Assembly: GCF_037042905.1 (NCBI RefSeq)
Contig: NC_087246.1
Location: forward strand, 7,008,001-7,072,000
Length of the DNA: 64,000 bases
Source: Lytechinus pictus
Lineage: Eukaryota
Direction of reading: 5' to 3'
Shown: positions 1 to 12,860 of the stretch, piece after piece
Layout of the letters: the number at the start of each line of letters is the position of its first letter
Position numbering within the stretch: position 1 is the stretch's first letter
Position numbers and translations under genes: made by a program
Notes under the pieces: model-generated
What the model was told of the DNA's origin: nothing
Seen by the model: only the letters and a program-made list of their open reading frames with translations
Databases searched by the model: none

Positions 1-3000
1 GTTAATGACATTCCTAGAGTAACAGTAGGATCATGCAGTGCTTGTAAATGATCAAATTGGGATTTTCATATCCATAACTCCATAATATTCATTCACCTTT
101 GAATATTCGGTGTCAATCAGGTCTATTTCTGAATTGTTTTTTGTAAGGCAATGCTTGGGTTCCAATAGTTCTTTTTTGGTTCTTTTTTATAGTGATAGAT
201 GTACAAATGTATAGTAAGTGCCCATTTAGGAATGGAAGATTCTCAGAAGGCCAGGAAGGAAGAAAGGTTTTTTCTTGAGAATATTTGTCTGACTTTTAGA
301 TGACTTTGTTTTTATTGAAGGAATTTCTTTGCTGTGGCTGCTATTCCTCTGCTCCCATAATCTCATTCAACCATTAGGCCAGGCAGTGTAAGATAGCAGA
401 TAAGTTCAAGTTACCTCCTATTGTTATCAAATATCATCTCAGGGAGATTGCAGGGGAAAAGGTTTCCACAGAGGGATAATACAATATGGCTGTTTCAGTC
501 AAAACAAGCAAGAGAGCCAACACTTTGCAATGGTAGGTAGCCCTCACGATGGCCCAGTTATAACTAGGTCACTGTCAGAGCCATAGAGGTATCTTGGTCA
601 TCTCAGTAGGCAATGTGACCAGGCAGCGTCTGGAGATTAATCGATTCGTGACTTAGGTAGATACGCAGCCAGATGCTATGCAATTATTGCTTTATCTGCC
701 TGTACCTTTGTTTTATTGAATTTTGGGGCCTGGAAAACATGAGCCTCCTTGATCTTTGCATAATACGTCACAGGTTTTAGGTCCATTGGTGAAGGGCTTG
801 AGGTAGAGTGGAGATAGGGGCGATAACTTATAGTTAGGTCTTGGAACCACAATCCATTGATAAATTAGTGTTGTGAACAGATTAGGGGAATGAAAAGGGC
901 AGGTTTAAAAGAAGGCTTTGTTGGACATTCATTTGAACCGTTATCGCTAAATCAAAACAGGCTAGAGTTTAAATCGGTCAGAGTAAAGGTGGTACATAGA
1001 AGAATGATTAATAAGAGGGTTGGAGACCTTTAGGTAACAATAGAGGTACCCCTTTTACTGTCACTACCTCGTCATTGGTTGATTCCAATCACATGTCACT
1101 AATCATCTGCCCAATCAGAATCACATGCAAGGATCAGGATGGTTTAAAGCCCAGAGGATCACCCTTTTTCTTTATTCTTCTCCACCAACAGATGGAGTCA
1201 ATAAGGGTTCTTCCCCCAAATGGGGGTTGACAGAAGGTGTGAAGTAATGTTGTCTAGAGATATGGGCGGTTGCGTGTTGAGATCGAATCCCATTCTCAGG
1301 GGTACAGTCTAGACTCACATGCGCACTTTTCTGAACTTTAACCGGGATACACAGACGGCATCTTTGTGGTTGGTTCTAATTTAGTTAGACATGGGAGGAG
1401 TGGTAGATTGCCGGGTTAAGGGTTCTTGAAATGTGCTTAAATATCTGATTCTGGGAGAATGTTCTATCTGTAAACATGGAGCATAACAGTCCTATTCAGT
1501 TCATTGCACTTCAAGGTTGTTTGGTTTATATCACCCTTCATTTTGACTTTATACAAATTTACAATCAAATCAAATAAGTGGGACCTGTTGGCTTGCAATC
1601 AAATCAAGGATAATAGTAAACCTTATACTATACCTTATACTTTATACTTATTAAACCTTATACCTTTAACTTATTACCTTATTAGTAATATCACTCCCAT
1701 TATTTACGAAGAGATATATACTTTTAAATAGGAAGATAGGCTTATTGCTGATTCATTGAAAATGTGGAGGAAGTGAGTGTGTAGTAGATGTACATAAATG
1801 TTGCATGTTAGCATTGATTTTAAAACATCACTCATTATAATGATAGATTCATGATTCCTGTCAACATCACATTCAAGGTTTCCTTGATTTAGGAAAGAGG
1901 AAAGAGAGTAGTTGGTGATATGGAGTTGGCCTAGGTTCGGCTGGGGGGGGGGGGGTGAGGGGCATCACAGACAATGAACAACTCATCCTTCCTCCTGCCC
2001 TTATTCAAGAGAAGAAGCGAAATTTGTTAACTCATCCCACTTCCTGTTACATTGATGATAAACATGGAGAGGGACGATTTAAGTAAGAACTAGTCATGTG
2101 AGGATAAAGAATGAAAGCCAAACAGAATTACAATGAGCTACAAGAGGATAAGCAGAGTTCCTCCAAAAAGAACATTACATGAGTAAACACCTGAGGCTTT
2201 CCCTGATCATCATGCCTTCCTCTTTACTCTTTGGTTGGTTTTGTTTGTGGGGAGGGGAAGAATTTTTGGTTTCCTCCTGGAATTATTCACCCTGCTTGGA
2301 ATGAAATTACAAACCACTAATGCTTCCACAAGAGCGATCCCTCCAGAATTTCGTAGCACCCTTTCCTTCCGTATTGTGTTTTGTAGCCTAGGTACCAAGA
2401 AATTCTTAACAGAACTGCAGAGAGGAAACTGAGAGATGACTTTTCTTCCGTGCATGTTATACTTGGAAGGGAGACACATCCCTGTCTAGCATGGGTTGTC
2501 CATCTTCCCTGATGATGCTCTTATTTCTGCAGAGTAATGCACTCCCTTGTCCCTTGTGTCCTTCAAACAAGATGATAAGAGGAAACTAGGAGTGACACTG
2601 AGTTATAGCTTTAGGACACCTGCTTCAAATATCATACTACTCAAAAAATCACTTAAGAAATGGAGGATAGGAGGAGACAAAGATAATTTCTTGTCATATT
2701 TTCTGTGACCATGTTCCACTCTTCCCCCATTTAAGTATTATATTTAAGAGAAAAAAACAAAAGAAAAAAAAACTTGAATCTGTTTTTCCCTTTTTCCTGA
2801 GGACATTTGAGTGCATTCAGAAGCAAGCAAAATATATACTGGGATGATATGTATGTCTTTTTAAACATGGATTTATTTTGCTTTTAAAAAGGTAATTAAT
2901 TGCATTTAAGCAACAAGTTTCCATCCTTTGCAAATATTCGTATTTGGATTGTTGAAAGGTTTTGCTTAACCTACATGAAGATTAGCTATTCAAAAAATGT

Positions 3001-3518
3001 GCTACATATATGCCCAGTTTATTATATTGCAAACGTGTAGACCATAGGGAAGACCACATGTTCCAAGGCATCACATGATTAAATCCTGATTGAATTCATT
3101 AAGCAAAGACGTAATACCTTGCTTGATTAAGTTTTCTTGCCTAGATATCTATCTTTCTCCTAAAGCATCACCCTATACCCACCTAAGCCTGTGCCAAGTC
3201 AACCAAGTTCAGAAATAACTCTTGTAAAACAAGATTTGTTTAGTTGAGCCAAGTAAAACAGGACTCTGTAGGCGGGAGAAGACGTAATACAAGTCGATGA
3301 TTAGGATGATGCTGCAGAACTTCACCACCATCATCACCGTTGAGTCTTATCACAAGATACGGACTAGAGGTACTAACTTTTAGTAGAGCGGATTAGCTCC
3401 AAAAATCACAACAATTGTGCAAATTTTGACTAAAGCATGAAACTTTCACAAGTATTAGTATATGCTGTAAGATTTATTTTAAAGGTGGGAGGTAAATTTT
3501 AAAATGCCATTTTCGGCC

Positions 3519-6300
3519 GTTGCCATGGCAACGGATTAATTTCTCAAAAATGACATACATTCCCATGTAAATGGTAAATAAACATGACATAGATGACCAA
3601 AATGATAATTTTCAAGTTCCCAATTGAATATATATAAAATTTAGAAACATTCAAAATTAACAAGATAGTTCCAATTGGTCCGTTGCCATGGCAACGGCTT
3701 GTTTTTCCCCAGAAAAATAAAAAAACTGATTAAAAAAACGTTGTAGAATAGGATTTATCTTTAATTTCCCCTAATTTTACAGTGTTGAACAACGATATTT
3801 TGGTTGCTCAATGTATAAACTACATCTCAAGCCATTGCCATGGCAACCAAATAACATATAATTTACAAAAATAACATGGTAAACTAGACAATGGACAGGT
3901 GGAAAATACAACTGGAAATGACTTAATCTGTATGCTTAAGTTTTGACCCCCTCATTTGAACAAAAAATACAGAATGTGTTCTGCAGGAGTTCTTTATAAT
4001 GATAAAACATTATGTTGCCTTGGTAATGCTTGAATTAAATAAAAAAAACGAATGTTGCAAAGATCCCGTTGCCATGGCAACAGTTTATTTCCCTCTAGAA
4101 AGGTAAAAATATTGATAAAAATATAGAATACATGTATGATCATCATTCCATTTTCAATATTTTTAAGGAACTAATCAAAATATGATTGTGACTACATTTA
4201 TAAATATAACATCTTAAGCCATTGCCATGGCAACCAGATAACATCTAATTTAAAAAACAACAGCAGGGATGACAAGGTTATGGATAGGTGAAAAGTACAA
4301 TGAAAATTAACTGAAAATGCATAAGGTTTGACCTACTCAATTAATTTAGGGGAAATAATACAGTGAGTGTTCTGCATGAACTAATTGGAATGATACAGAT
4401 TGATGTTGCCTTGGTAATACTTGAATTCAACGATAAATATCAATGTTGCAAATTGTCTGTTGCCATAGCAACGGATCATTTAGTACCAGTTTCTATTAAA
4501 AAAGGACTATAGAATCTGGTTTTTCTTGCATTTCCCCCAATCTTAGTGTGTTAAACATAGATATGTTTGATGCAAATTGTTTAAATAAAATCTAAAGCTA
4601 TTGCCATGGCAACCAAATAATATCTAATTCACAAAAAAATAATAATTTGGATGACAAGATCATGGACAGGTGGAAAATACAAATATAACTCAATATGCGA
4701 AAGGTTTGGCTAGTCATTTAATTATAAACAAAAAATTCACTAAGTATTCTGCATGAGTTCATTAGAATAATAAATTGATGTTGCCTTGGTAATTCTTGAA
4801 TTAAATGATAAATATTAATAATTCAAATGTTCTGTTGCCATGGCAACAGCTCATTTCCCCCAGAAAAGTATCAGCAGCTTTGATAAATAAAAACATGATA
4901 AAATCTTATTTTTCTTTCATTTCCCTTAAGTTAAGGGTGTTAGAAAATATATGTTTGCGGTTAATATGTAGATAACATCTTCAGCCATTGCCTTGGCAAC
5001 CAATCAAGATGTAATTTATAAATACAAAAAAAAATTACTGTTGAAATGATAATGGTCAGGTGGGATGTAAAATAAAGTTTTACTTTTAAAAGCTACATAA
5101 TGTTTGACCAGTCATTAAAGGGGAATGAAACCTTTGGAACAAGTAGGCTTGTGTCGAAACAGAAAAATCAAAGAATAAGAACAAAGAAAGTTTGAGAAAA
5201 ATCAGACAAATAATAAGAAAGTTATGAGCATTTGAATATTGCAATCTCTAATGCTATGGAGATCCTCCCATTGGCAACGCTACAAGGATGTGTGATGTCA
5301 CACATGAACAACTTTCCCTTTGATGGACCCTGAAAATGTGTCTTTTTTCTTTTTCGTATGGTGATACAAACTCTTTATCCATGATGTATTCTTTAAAAAT
5401 CTGTATTACATGCCCTCCTATAGAAAGAATACATGTTCTACTGATAGAAGTAATAAAAGAGGCAATTTAAGTGAAATATATACTAAAGTAATGGGGAGAG
5501 TTGTTCAAGAGTGACATCACACATCTTTGTCGCATTGCCAATGTGAGGATCTCCATAGCATTAGTGATCGCAATATTCAAAATCTCATAACTTTCTCATT
5601 ATTTGTCCGATTTTTCTCAAACTTTCATTGATCTGTTTCTTAGATTTTTCTGTTTTCACACAAGCTATCTTGTTCCAAAGGTTTCATTCTCCTTTAAGTT
5701 TTGAACAAAAATTACAGTAAGTGTTCTGCATGAGTACAATAGCATGATAAAAACTGATGCTGCCTTGGTAATGGTTGAATTTAATATCATTTTTTGCAAA
5801 TGTGTATTGGATCGTTTTTCCCCCAGAAAATACCATCTTTGATTAAAAAAATACCTAGTAGAATCTTATTTTTCATTCATTTCCACTAAGGTTAGGGTGT
5901 CAAACATACACGTACATGTTTGTTGTTAAATGTATAAATAACATTTTAAGGCGTTGAAATGGCAATAACATAACATTTCATTTACAAAAAAACATAGCTG
6001 ACAAGATAATGGACCGAAGGAAAATACAATAAAATTAACTGAATATGCGTAAGGTTTGACCTACTCTTTTAATTTTGAACAAAAGTTACATTAAGTGTTA
6101 TGCATGGTTTCATTAGGATGACAAAAATTACTTTTGTTTTGGTAATGCTTGAACATAGTGATGAATATCAATGTTACAAATGGCTCCAGAAAAGTACAAA
6201 TTTTGATAAAAATATGTTTATTTATTTCCTTTTCCCTTATAGGAGGTTGCTGAACATAAATATGCTACATGATAAGCACCATCTTATTTCATTATACATG
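3519..6300 (+). repeat. Left arm tandem array, about 385-bp unit carrying GTTGCCATGGCAAC palindromes
   Basis: Equivalent palindrome recurs at 3682, 4068, 4459, 4834; units degrade inward and are interrupted by a MITE at 5119-5693. Confidence 0.85.
5119..5693. mobile_element. Non-autonomous TIR element (MITE) with TTAA TSD, Kolobok-like, nested in the left arm of the foldback
   Basis: TTAA (5115-5118) AGGGGAATGAAACC...GGTTTCATTCTCCT TTAA (5694-5697); about 220-bp imperfect TIRs; flanks rejoin into the host repeat unit (gaccagtca TTAA gttttgaacaaaa). Confidence 0.85.
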
Positions 6301-7314
6301 GCATCGAAATAAGACCTACAAAAATCACATCAGACTTTTTTGGGCTCAAATAAATTCCCGAAACTCTAATTTTGATGCTGGACAATTACGTTCAAAGTAT
6401 TCGCAGGCGGCCATTTTGAAGAAAGCGTTTTGGGGTGATTTGTGTTTTAAAGCTGTTCATCATATCAATATCTAAGGGGATTATAGGGGTTGATGAATCA
6501 AAATCTTAAGTCTATTTGAGGAGTAGACATGGTCTTGATATCCTAATCAAGGTAAATACAGTAAATCAACTTTTACATGGAGATCATGAAATCATGAAAT
6601 CCTTCCTTGTTCGACTGTTTTAGCATATTTGGCTTGAAATATGATAGCAAAGCACTATTAGGCATCATCTGCCAGGATACACCTTTTAATTCCTGCATAC
6701 AAATGTCAGAAAATCGTTACTTTGTGAAAATTCCCATAATTTCTTTAAAAATTCATGAAAATTGCCGAAAATAAAAAAAAATTCCCACAAAAGTCACGTT
6801 TATTCCCATGGAAAGTTTCCATCAAGAAAATTCCCGGGAATTTGCAACCCGTCTCCCCCCCCCCCCCCCTCCCAAAAAAGAAAAAAAAAATCATTATCAA
6901 GAAAGAATACAGAGAAAGTGAAAGAGAGATGGATAAAATATGATTATTTTACGAATAATATACCAAAAAGGAAAAATTTTGAAATTTTTGCTCTGTCGCT
7001 GGCTCGGTGAGAACATTTTAAAGTAAATTTTGCTTGATATGTCATATCTGGCCCCCTCAAAATTGCACTGCTGATTTTGAAGAAGAAAATTTTGTAATAC
7101 TGTGATAATTTTTAAAGTAACATATGAATCTATTCAACGCCAAGTGTAATCTATTCACTGGTTATTTTACATGAAAAGTAGACTCGTCAAATAAAATAAA
7201 AAATACCTTTACTGGTTGAAAGGTTAAAAATAATTTAAGCAAGGGTATTCCAAGATGGTGCCCTCAGTGGGTGCCATAGGCTAAAAATCCACAATTCATC
7301 CATTACTTGATAAA

Positions 7315-9263
7315 ATGGCTTTAATTTGGTTTCTATTCATTGGTTTTAAGGATCAAGTAGTACATTGGACCAAGTTACAGGGAAAGCCAGTGGTCTGGAA
7401 TGTCCAAAAATCCAAGATGGCTTCAAAAAATTGAATCTAAAATGGTTGCTTATACCTAAAGCGGACATAGCTCATTTCATATTGGCCTGGAGGATAATAT
7501 TTTGGTGTCTAAATCATTGGTTTCAAGAGTAAATCATTGGTTTCAAGAGTCTAACAATATTAGTACAAGTTACAATGACAGTCAGGTGTATTCGAAAATC
7601 CAATATGGCTTCCAAAAACCATTCTAAAATGGCTGCTGATACTTAAAAGTGGAATAACTCCTTTTATATTCACCTGTGAGATATGATTTTGGTGTCTAAA
7701 CCATAGTTTCAAAAGTGAAATAATAAATTAGGACATAGTTTGTTCAATATCTGTCTGGGGAATATGATTTGATGTCTAAACCATCATCATAAAACCATGG
7801 TTTAATGCATTAGAACAAGTTACAAGGACAACCAATGGACTGGTATGTTAAAAAATCCAAGATGGCCTCCAAAATGGGGTCTAAATTGGCTGTTGTTACT
7901 TCGAAATGGACATATAATGCATTAATAATGCACATTGGGGGTATGATTTTGGTGTCTACACTAGTGTTTCAGGGGTCAACTAATACTGTACATTGTGTCA
8001 AGTTGAATGGACAGTCAGGTGTCAATATTGTGTCCAAAAATTCAAAGATTGTTTGAAAAATGGGGGTTTTAATGTTACTTAAAAGTGGACATAGTACATT
8101 AAAAAATACTCCTGGGGATGTTATTTTGGTGTCTACATTAGAATTTCAAGGATCAAATAGTACGTTGGGACTGGTTACAATGATGTATAGATGTCCATTT
8201 TGCCTGAAAATCCAAGATGGCATCAATGAATGGGTTAAAAAATGACGACTGTTACGTTGAAGTGGATATGATATCCACTTGTGAGAATCTACCTTGGATT
8301 TTGGACAAAATTGAAAACTAACCATCCTTGTTACTTGTCCTAATGTAATAGTGGACCCTTCATACCACAGTGTAGACACCAAAGATGTTTCTCACAGGTT
8401 GTATGAACTCTGATAATTTTTGAGTGATAGAAGTCATTTTAGATTCCATTTTGGTCACCCTCTTGGATTTTTAGGCAATTTGGACAACTGGATATCATTG
8501 TAACAAGTCTAAACGTATTTTTCGAAACTTTAAACCAAAGTTTGAACACCAAAATCATTTTTCCTTGGTTGACTTTCAATGAACTTTGTCAATTTTTAAG
8601 CAACATACTCCAATTAAACCCCGATTGTTTGAAGCCATCTTAGATGTTTAGACATATTGGATTACTCACTGTCCTTGTAACTTGTTCCATGTCATGATGT
8701 ATTTACTGACTTTTTAAACCATGGTTTAGATATCAAAATAATATGCCCTTGGCAGATATTACACGAAATATGTCAATTCTTTAGTAACAGGGCTATTCTA
8801 TAATCCATTTTTTGAAGCCACCTTGGATTTTTGACATACTTGACCACTGAGTTTTCTTGTAACTTGTCCTAATGTATAGTTTGACACATTTCACCATGGC
8901 ATAAACTTATTCCAGGCTATTAAACAATCTACGTTTTTTTAATGCAGCAACAACAATTTTAGACTCTATTTTCAAAGCCATCTTGGATTTTTTAAATATA
9001 CTGGACAACTGACTGTCCGTGTAACTTGTCATAGTGTATTACTTGACCATTGAAACCATGGTCTAGACACCAAATCATATATCCCAGACAAATATGAAAT
9101 ACATGTAAGCTATGTCCATTTATATATCAACAGCCATTTCAAACTCCATTTTTGGAAGCTGTCTTAGGGTCTTGGACACATCAGACCACTGGCTGTCCTT
9201 GTAACTAGTCACAATATACTACTTCACCCTTAAAACCATTGCATAGAAACCACATTAAGCCAC
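7315..9263. repeat. Inner, unrelated inverted tandem array (about 180-bp unit, TCCAAGATGGC core) forming a second foldback
   Basis: 7315-~8270 has units with aaaatccaagatggc / tttggtgtcta; ~8275-9263 has the reverse-complement units (gccatcttggatttt / tagacaccaaa); 7315-7470 aligns with the reverse complement of about 9110-9263. Confidence 0.8.
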
Positions 9264-11526
9264 TGGAATTAGATGTAATTTGGTTGTCATGGCAATGGCA
9301 TAAGTTATTTGTATATCAACAGCAAACATAATGCTTTGCACTCTAAAATTAGGGGAAATTTATGACAAAATGCAGATTCTAAACTGTTTTTCGATCAAAT
9401 ATGGTACTTTATTCGGGAAAAAAGGAGTCATTGCCATGGCAACGGGCTATATGTAACAGTGATATTTATCATTAAATTCAAGCATTACCAAGGCAACCTC
9501 AAATTTTATCATTCTAATGAACTAATGCGAACCACTGTAATCTTTGTTCAAAATTAATTGACTGGGTCAAACCTTGAGTTAATGGATTGCATTTTCCACC
9601 TGTCCATTATCATGTCAACCATGTTATTTTTTTCAAATTAGATGTTATTTGGTTGCCATGACAATGGCTTAAGCTATAATTTGAATGTTAACAGGAAACA
9701 TATCCATTCTTACCCTAAAATTAGGGGAAATGAAAGGAAAAAATCAGATTCTACAGATTTTCTGATCAAAACTGGTACTTTTCTTGGGGAAATGAGTAGT
9801 TGCTATGGCAACAGGTCATTTGCAACGTTGATGTTTATCGAATTCAATTATTACCAAGGCAACTTCAATGTTTATCATTCTTAGAATGATAAATAGTTCA
9901 TGCAGAACACTCATTGTATTGTTTCCCCTAGATTAATTGAGGTCAATCCTGATGCATACAGTGATGCACATCAAGTGAATTTTCATTGTATTTTTCACCT
10001 GTCCATATCCTTGTCATCCATGTTGTTTTTTTAATTAGATGTTATCTGGTTGCCATGGCAATGGCTTAAGATGTTATATTTATAAATTTAGTCACATATA
10101 TATCTCGATTATTGAAAATGGAAAGATGATCATACATGTCTGTATTCTAAATTCTTATCAATATTTTTACCTTTCTAGAGGGAAATAAGCTGTTGCCATG
10201 GCAACGAGCCCTTTGTAACATTTTAAAAAGAATTTAATCCAAGTGTTACCAAGGCAACATAAGTTCATATCTTTTTAAAGAACTCCTGCAGAACATTTTA
10301 AGTACTTTTTGTTCAAATGAGGGGGTCAAAAGTTAAGCATACAGATTAAGTCAATTCTAATTGTATTTTCCACCTGTCCATTGTGTTGTCAACCATGTTA
10401 TTTTTTTTTCAAATTAGATTAATTTGGTTGCCATGACAATGGCTTCAGATATTGTTTGTATGTTAACAGCAAACATATCAATTCTTACCATTAAATTAGG
10501 GGAAATGAAAGAAAAATCAGAGTCCAAAGTCCTTTTTCTAATCAAAACTAGAACTTTTTTTGCGTAAATGAGCCGTTGCTATGGCAACAGGTCATTTGCA
10601 ACATTGATATTTATCGTTGAATTCAAGTGTTACTAAGGTAACATCAATGTTTATCATTCTAATTAGTTCATGAAGAACACTCACTGTATACTGTTTCCCC
10701 TAAATTAATTCAGTAGGTCAAAACTTATGCATAAAAGTTATTTTCATTGGATTTTTCACCTATCCATAACCCTGTCATCCCTGTCATTGATTTTTTTTTT
10801 ATTAGATGTTATTTGGTTGCCATGGCAATGGCTTAAGATGTTATATTTATAAATGCAGTCACAAACATATATTTTTATTAGTTCCTTAAAAATATTGAAA
10901 ATGGAATGATGATCGTATTCTACATTTTTATCAATATTTTTACCTTTCTAGAGGGAAATATGCTGTTGCCATGGCAACGGGGTCTTTGCAACATTTGTTT
11001 TTTAAAGTTAATTCAAGCATTACCAAGGCAACATAATGTTTTATCTTTATAAAGAACTCCTGCAGAACACTTTCTGTATTTTTTGTTCAAATGAGGGGGT
11101 CAAAACTTAAGCATACAGATTAAGTCATTTCCAGTTGTATTTTCCACCTGTCCATTGTCTTGTTAACCATTTAATTTTTGTAAATTGATGTTATTTGGTT
11201 GCCATGGCAACGGCTTGAGATGTAGTTTATACATTGAGCAACCAAAATATCATTGTTCAACACTGTAAAATTAGGGAAAATTAAAGATAAATCCTATTCT
11301 ACAACGTTTTTTTAATCAGTTTTTTTATTTTTCTGGGGAAAAACAAGTCGTTGCCATGGCAACGGACCAATTGGAACTATCTTGTTAATTTTGAATGTTT
11401 CTAAATTTTATATATATTCATTTGGGAGCTTAAAAATTATCATTTTGGTCATCTATATCATGTTTATTTACCATTTACATGGGAATGTATGTCATTTTTG
11501 AGAAATTAATCCGTTGCCATGGCAAC
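9264..11526 (-). repeat. Right arm tandem array, about 385-bp unit (inverted), with alternating unit variants
   Basis: Equivalent palindrome at 9430, 9799, 10192, 10575, 10965, 11350; units are reverse complements of the left-arm units. Confidence 0.85.
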
Positions 11527-12756
11527 GGCCGAAAATGGCATTTTAAAATTTACCTCCCATCTTTAAAATAAATCTTAGGGCATATACTTATACTTGTGAA
11601 AGTTTCATGCTTTAGTCAAAATTTGCACAATTGTTCGGCTAATCCGCTCTACTATTTATCAGTGGGCCGGATGATTGTAAACGGATTTACTTTCTTAAGG
11701 TGAGGCGAGGGGAGATCGGGGGAGGTAGCAGGTTGTCAGGACAGAGTCTTATGATGGAGATCATTCATACTGTAGTCGAAGGATTGATAATTAAACAAGA
11801 GTGTTCTCAGGCAAGGTGTACTTTATGGCCTCTCTTCTCCCCTCTCCTCGGTTTCATCATTTCAGCAAATTAATTATGTGCTGGCATGAGGGTAAGGAAG
11901 TACGTAAGAGACCTTAGGTGAGCTCTTGTTGACTTTACTGGATAAGTTCAGTTTTGGCAACATGATGACAATAATTGCTGTGCAAACATCATTAATTCAA
12001 TCAAATTTCAGACAAGTAGTAAAGAGGGGAGTTGGGAGTGTCCATTAAACCATCCAAAAATAAGTCTTTGCATTTTGATTGCATGGAATGTTCTGCATAT
12101 TAAATCAAAGATGTCTGTGAGATAAGATAGTTTAATCAGGATATTAAAGTTTGAAAATTGAATATTTTAATACGGATGTAGTCTCTTTGATTTTATCTGA
12201 CATTTAATGCCAGGTGATTACTGAAAATGCCAAGATGAATTGACTGAATGTTAGAAGACATTCTACCCCATGAATAAAACAAATTTCTTTGTCAGAGTTT
12301 GTTTACCTTTTCCCCCAAACCTTCTCTCCACTTCTGTTGCTGTGAGTCAAGTTAAATCTTCAGGGAACTTCTATTTGTCATGGAAGAATTGAATCACGGC
12401 AGTAAATAATTTAATTTTGGTTGTGATCTCGAGTCATTACACTATCACAGATCTCCTGCCTGCATGCCTATTTTTTCAGTCTGACATCTTGTGCTCCAAA
12501 GACCCCTGTGACATATACATCTGAAAGTGAACTGAAGCCACTCAGTGAACTCTTATTTGTATCAGCATGAGAAAAGGCTACCTGAAGTTAGCCTATGTAT
12601 GGACACAAAACTGTTCCTAGGGTTAATGGTAATGTAACAGCTCCATATTGCAACTTTGATGCTGGCTTTAAAAGCCGTTGTATGTCTATCAGGGATTATG
12701 TTTTATTCCTTATGTTGAAAGGAAACAATAGTCGTATTTACAACTGAACAGAGTGA

Positions 12757-12860
12757 ATGATAATAATATTAACCTCATTTTCACCCAGGGTAGCCACTTC
12801 ATTTTCTGTTCTCCCAGCATGCCCTGCTTACCATGACAATGTTTTTATTACCCTGGCTGT
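12757..12860 (-). mobile_element. SINE 3' fragment
   Basis: (TAA)n-like tail followed by tttcacccagggtagccacttc...ctcccagc...ttaccctggct; the ttaccctggct segment is shared with the SINE at 57167-58068. Confidence 0.4.

Larger units (their letters stand above)
3381..11654. mobile_element. Large non-autonomous foldback DNA transposon, Academ-like (about 8.3 kb; about 2.3-kb inverted arms built of about 385-bp repeats)
   Basis: Left end TAGTAGAGCGGATTAGC (3381-3397) is the exact reverse complement of right end GCTAATCCGCTCTACTA (11638-11654). Flanked by TTT on both sides (3378-3380, 11655-11657). The outer several hundred bp of the arms are near-identical inverted copies. TAG..CTA ends with a 3-bp TSD fit my recollection of Academ; no coding remnant seen. 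Confidence 0.85.

Noticed and set aside
6690..7230. Possible hAT- and piggyBac-like end fragments in the foldback spacer
   Set aside because: Only single degenerate ends; no partner TIR or TSD found.
3519..11526. CRISPR-like array of palindromic repeats
   Set aside because: Eukaryotic context; the intervening sequences are homologous repeat units, not unique spacers; no cas genes.
3381..11654. Tc1/mariner assignment of the two large elements (TA as TSD)
   Set aside because: Both elements have a further perfect 3-bp duplication outside the TA (TTT; AAG), so TA is better read as part of the terminus.
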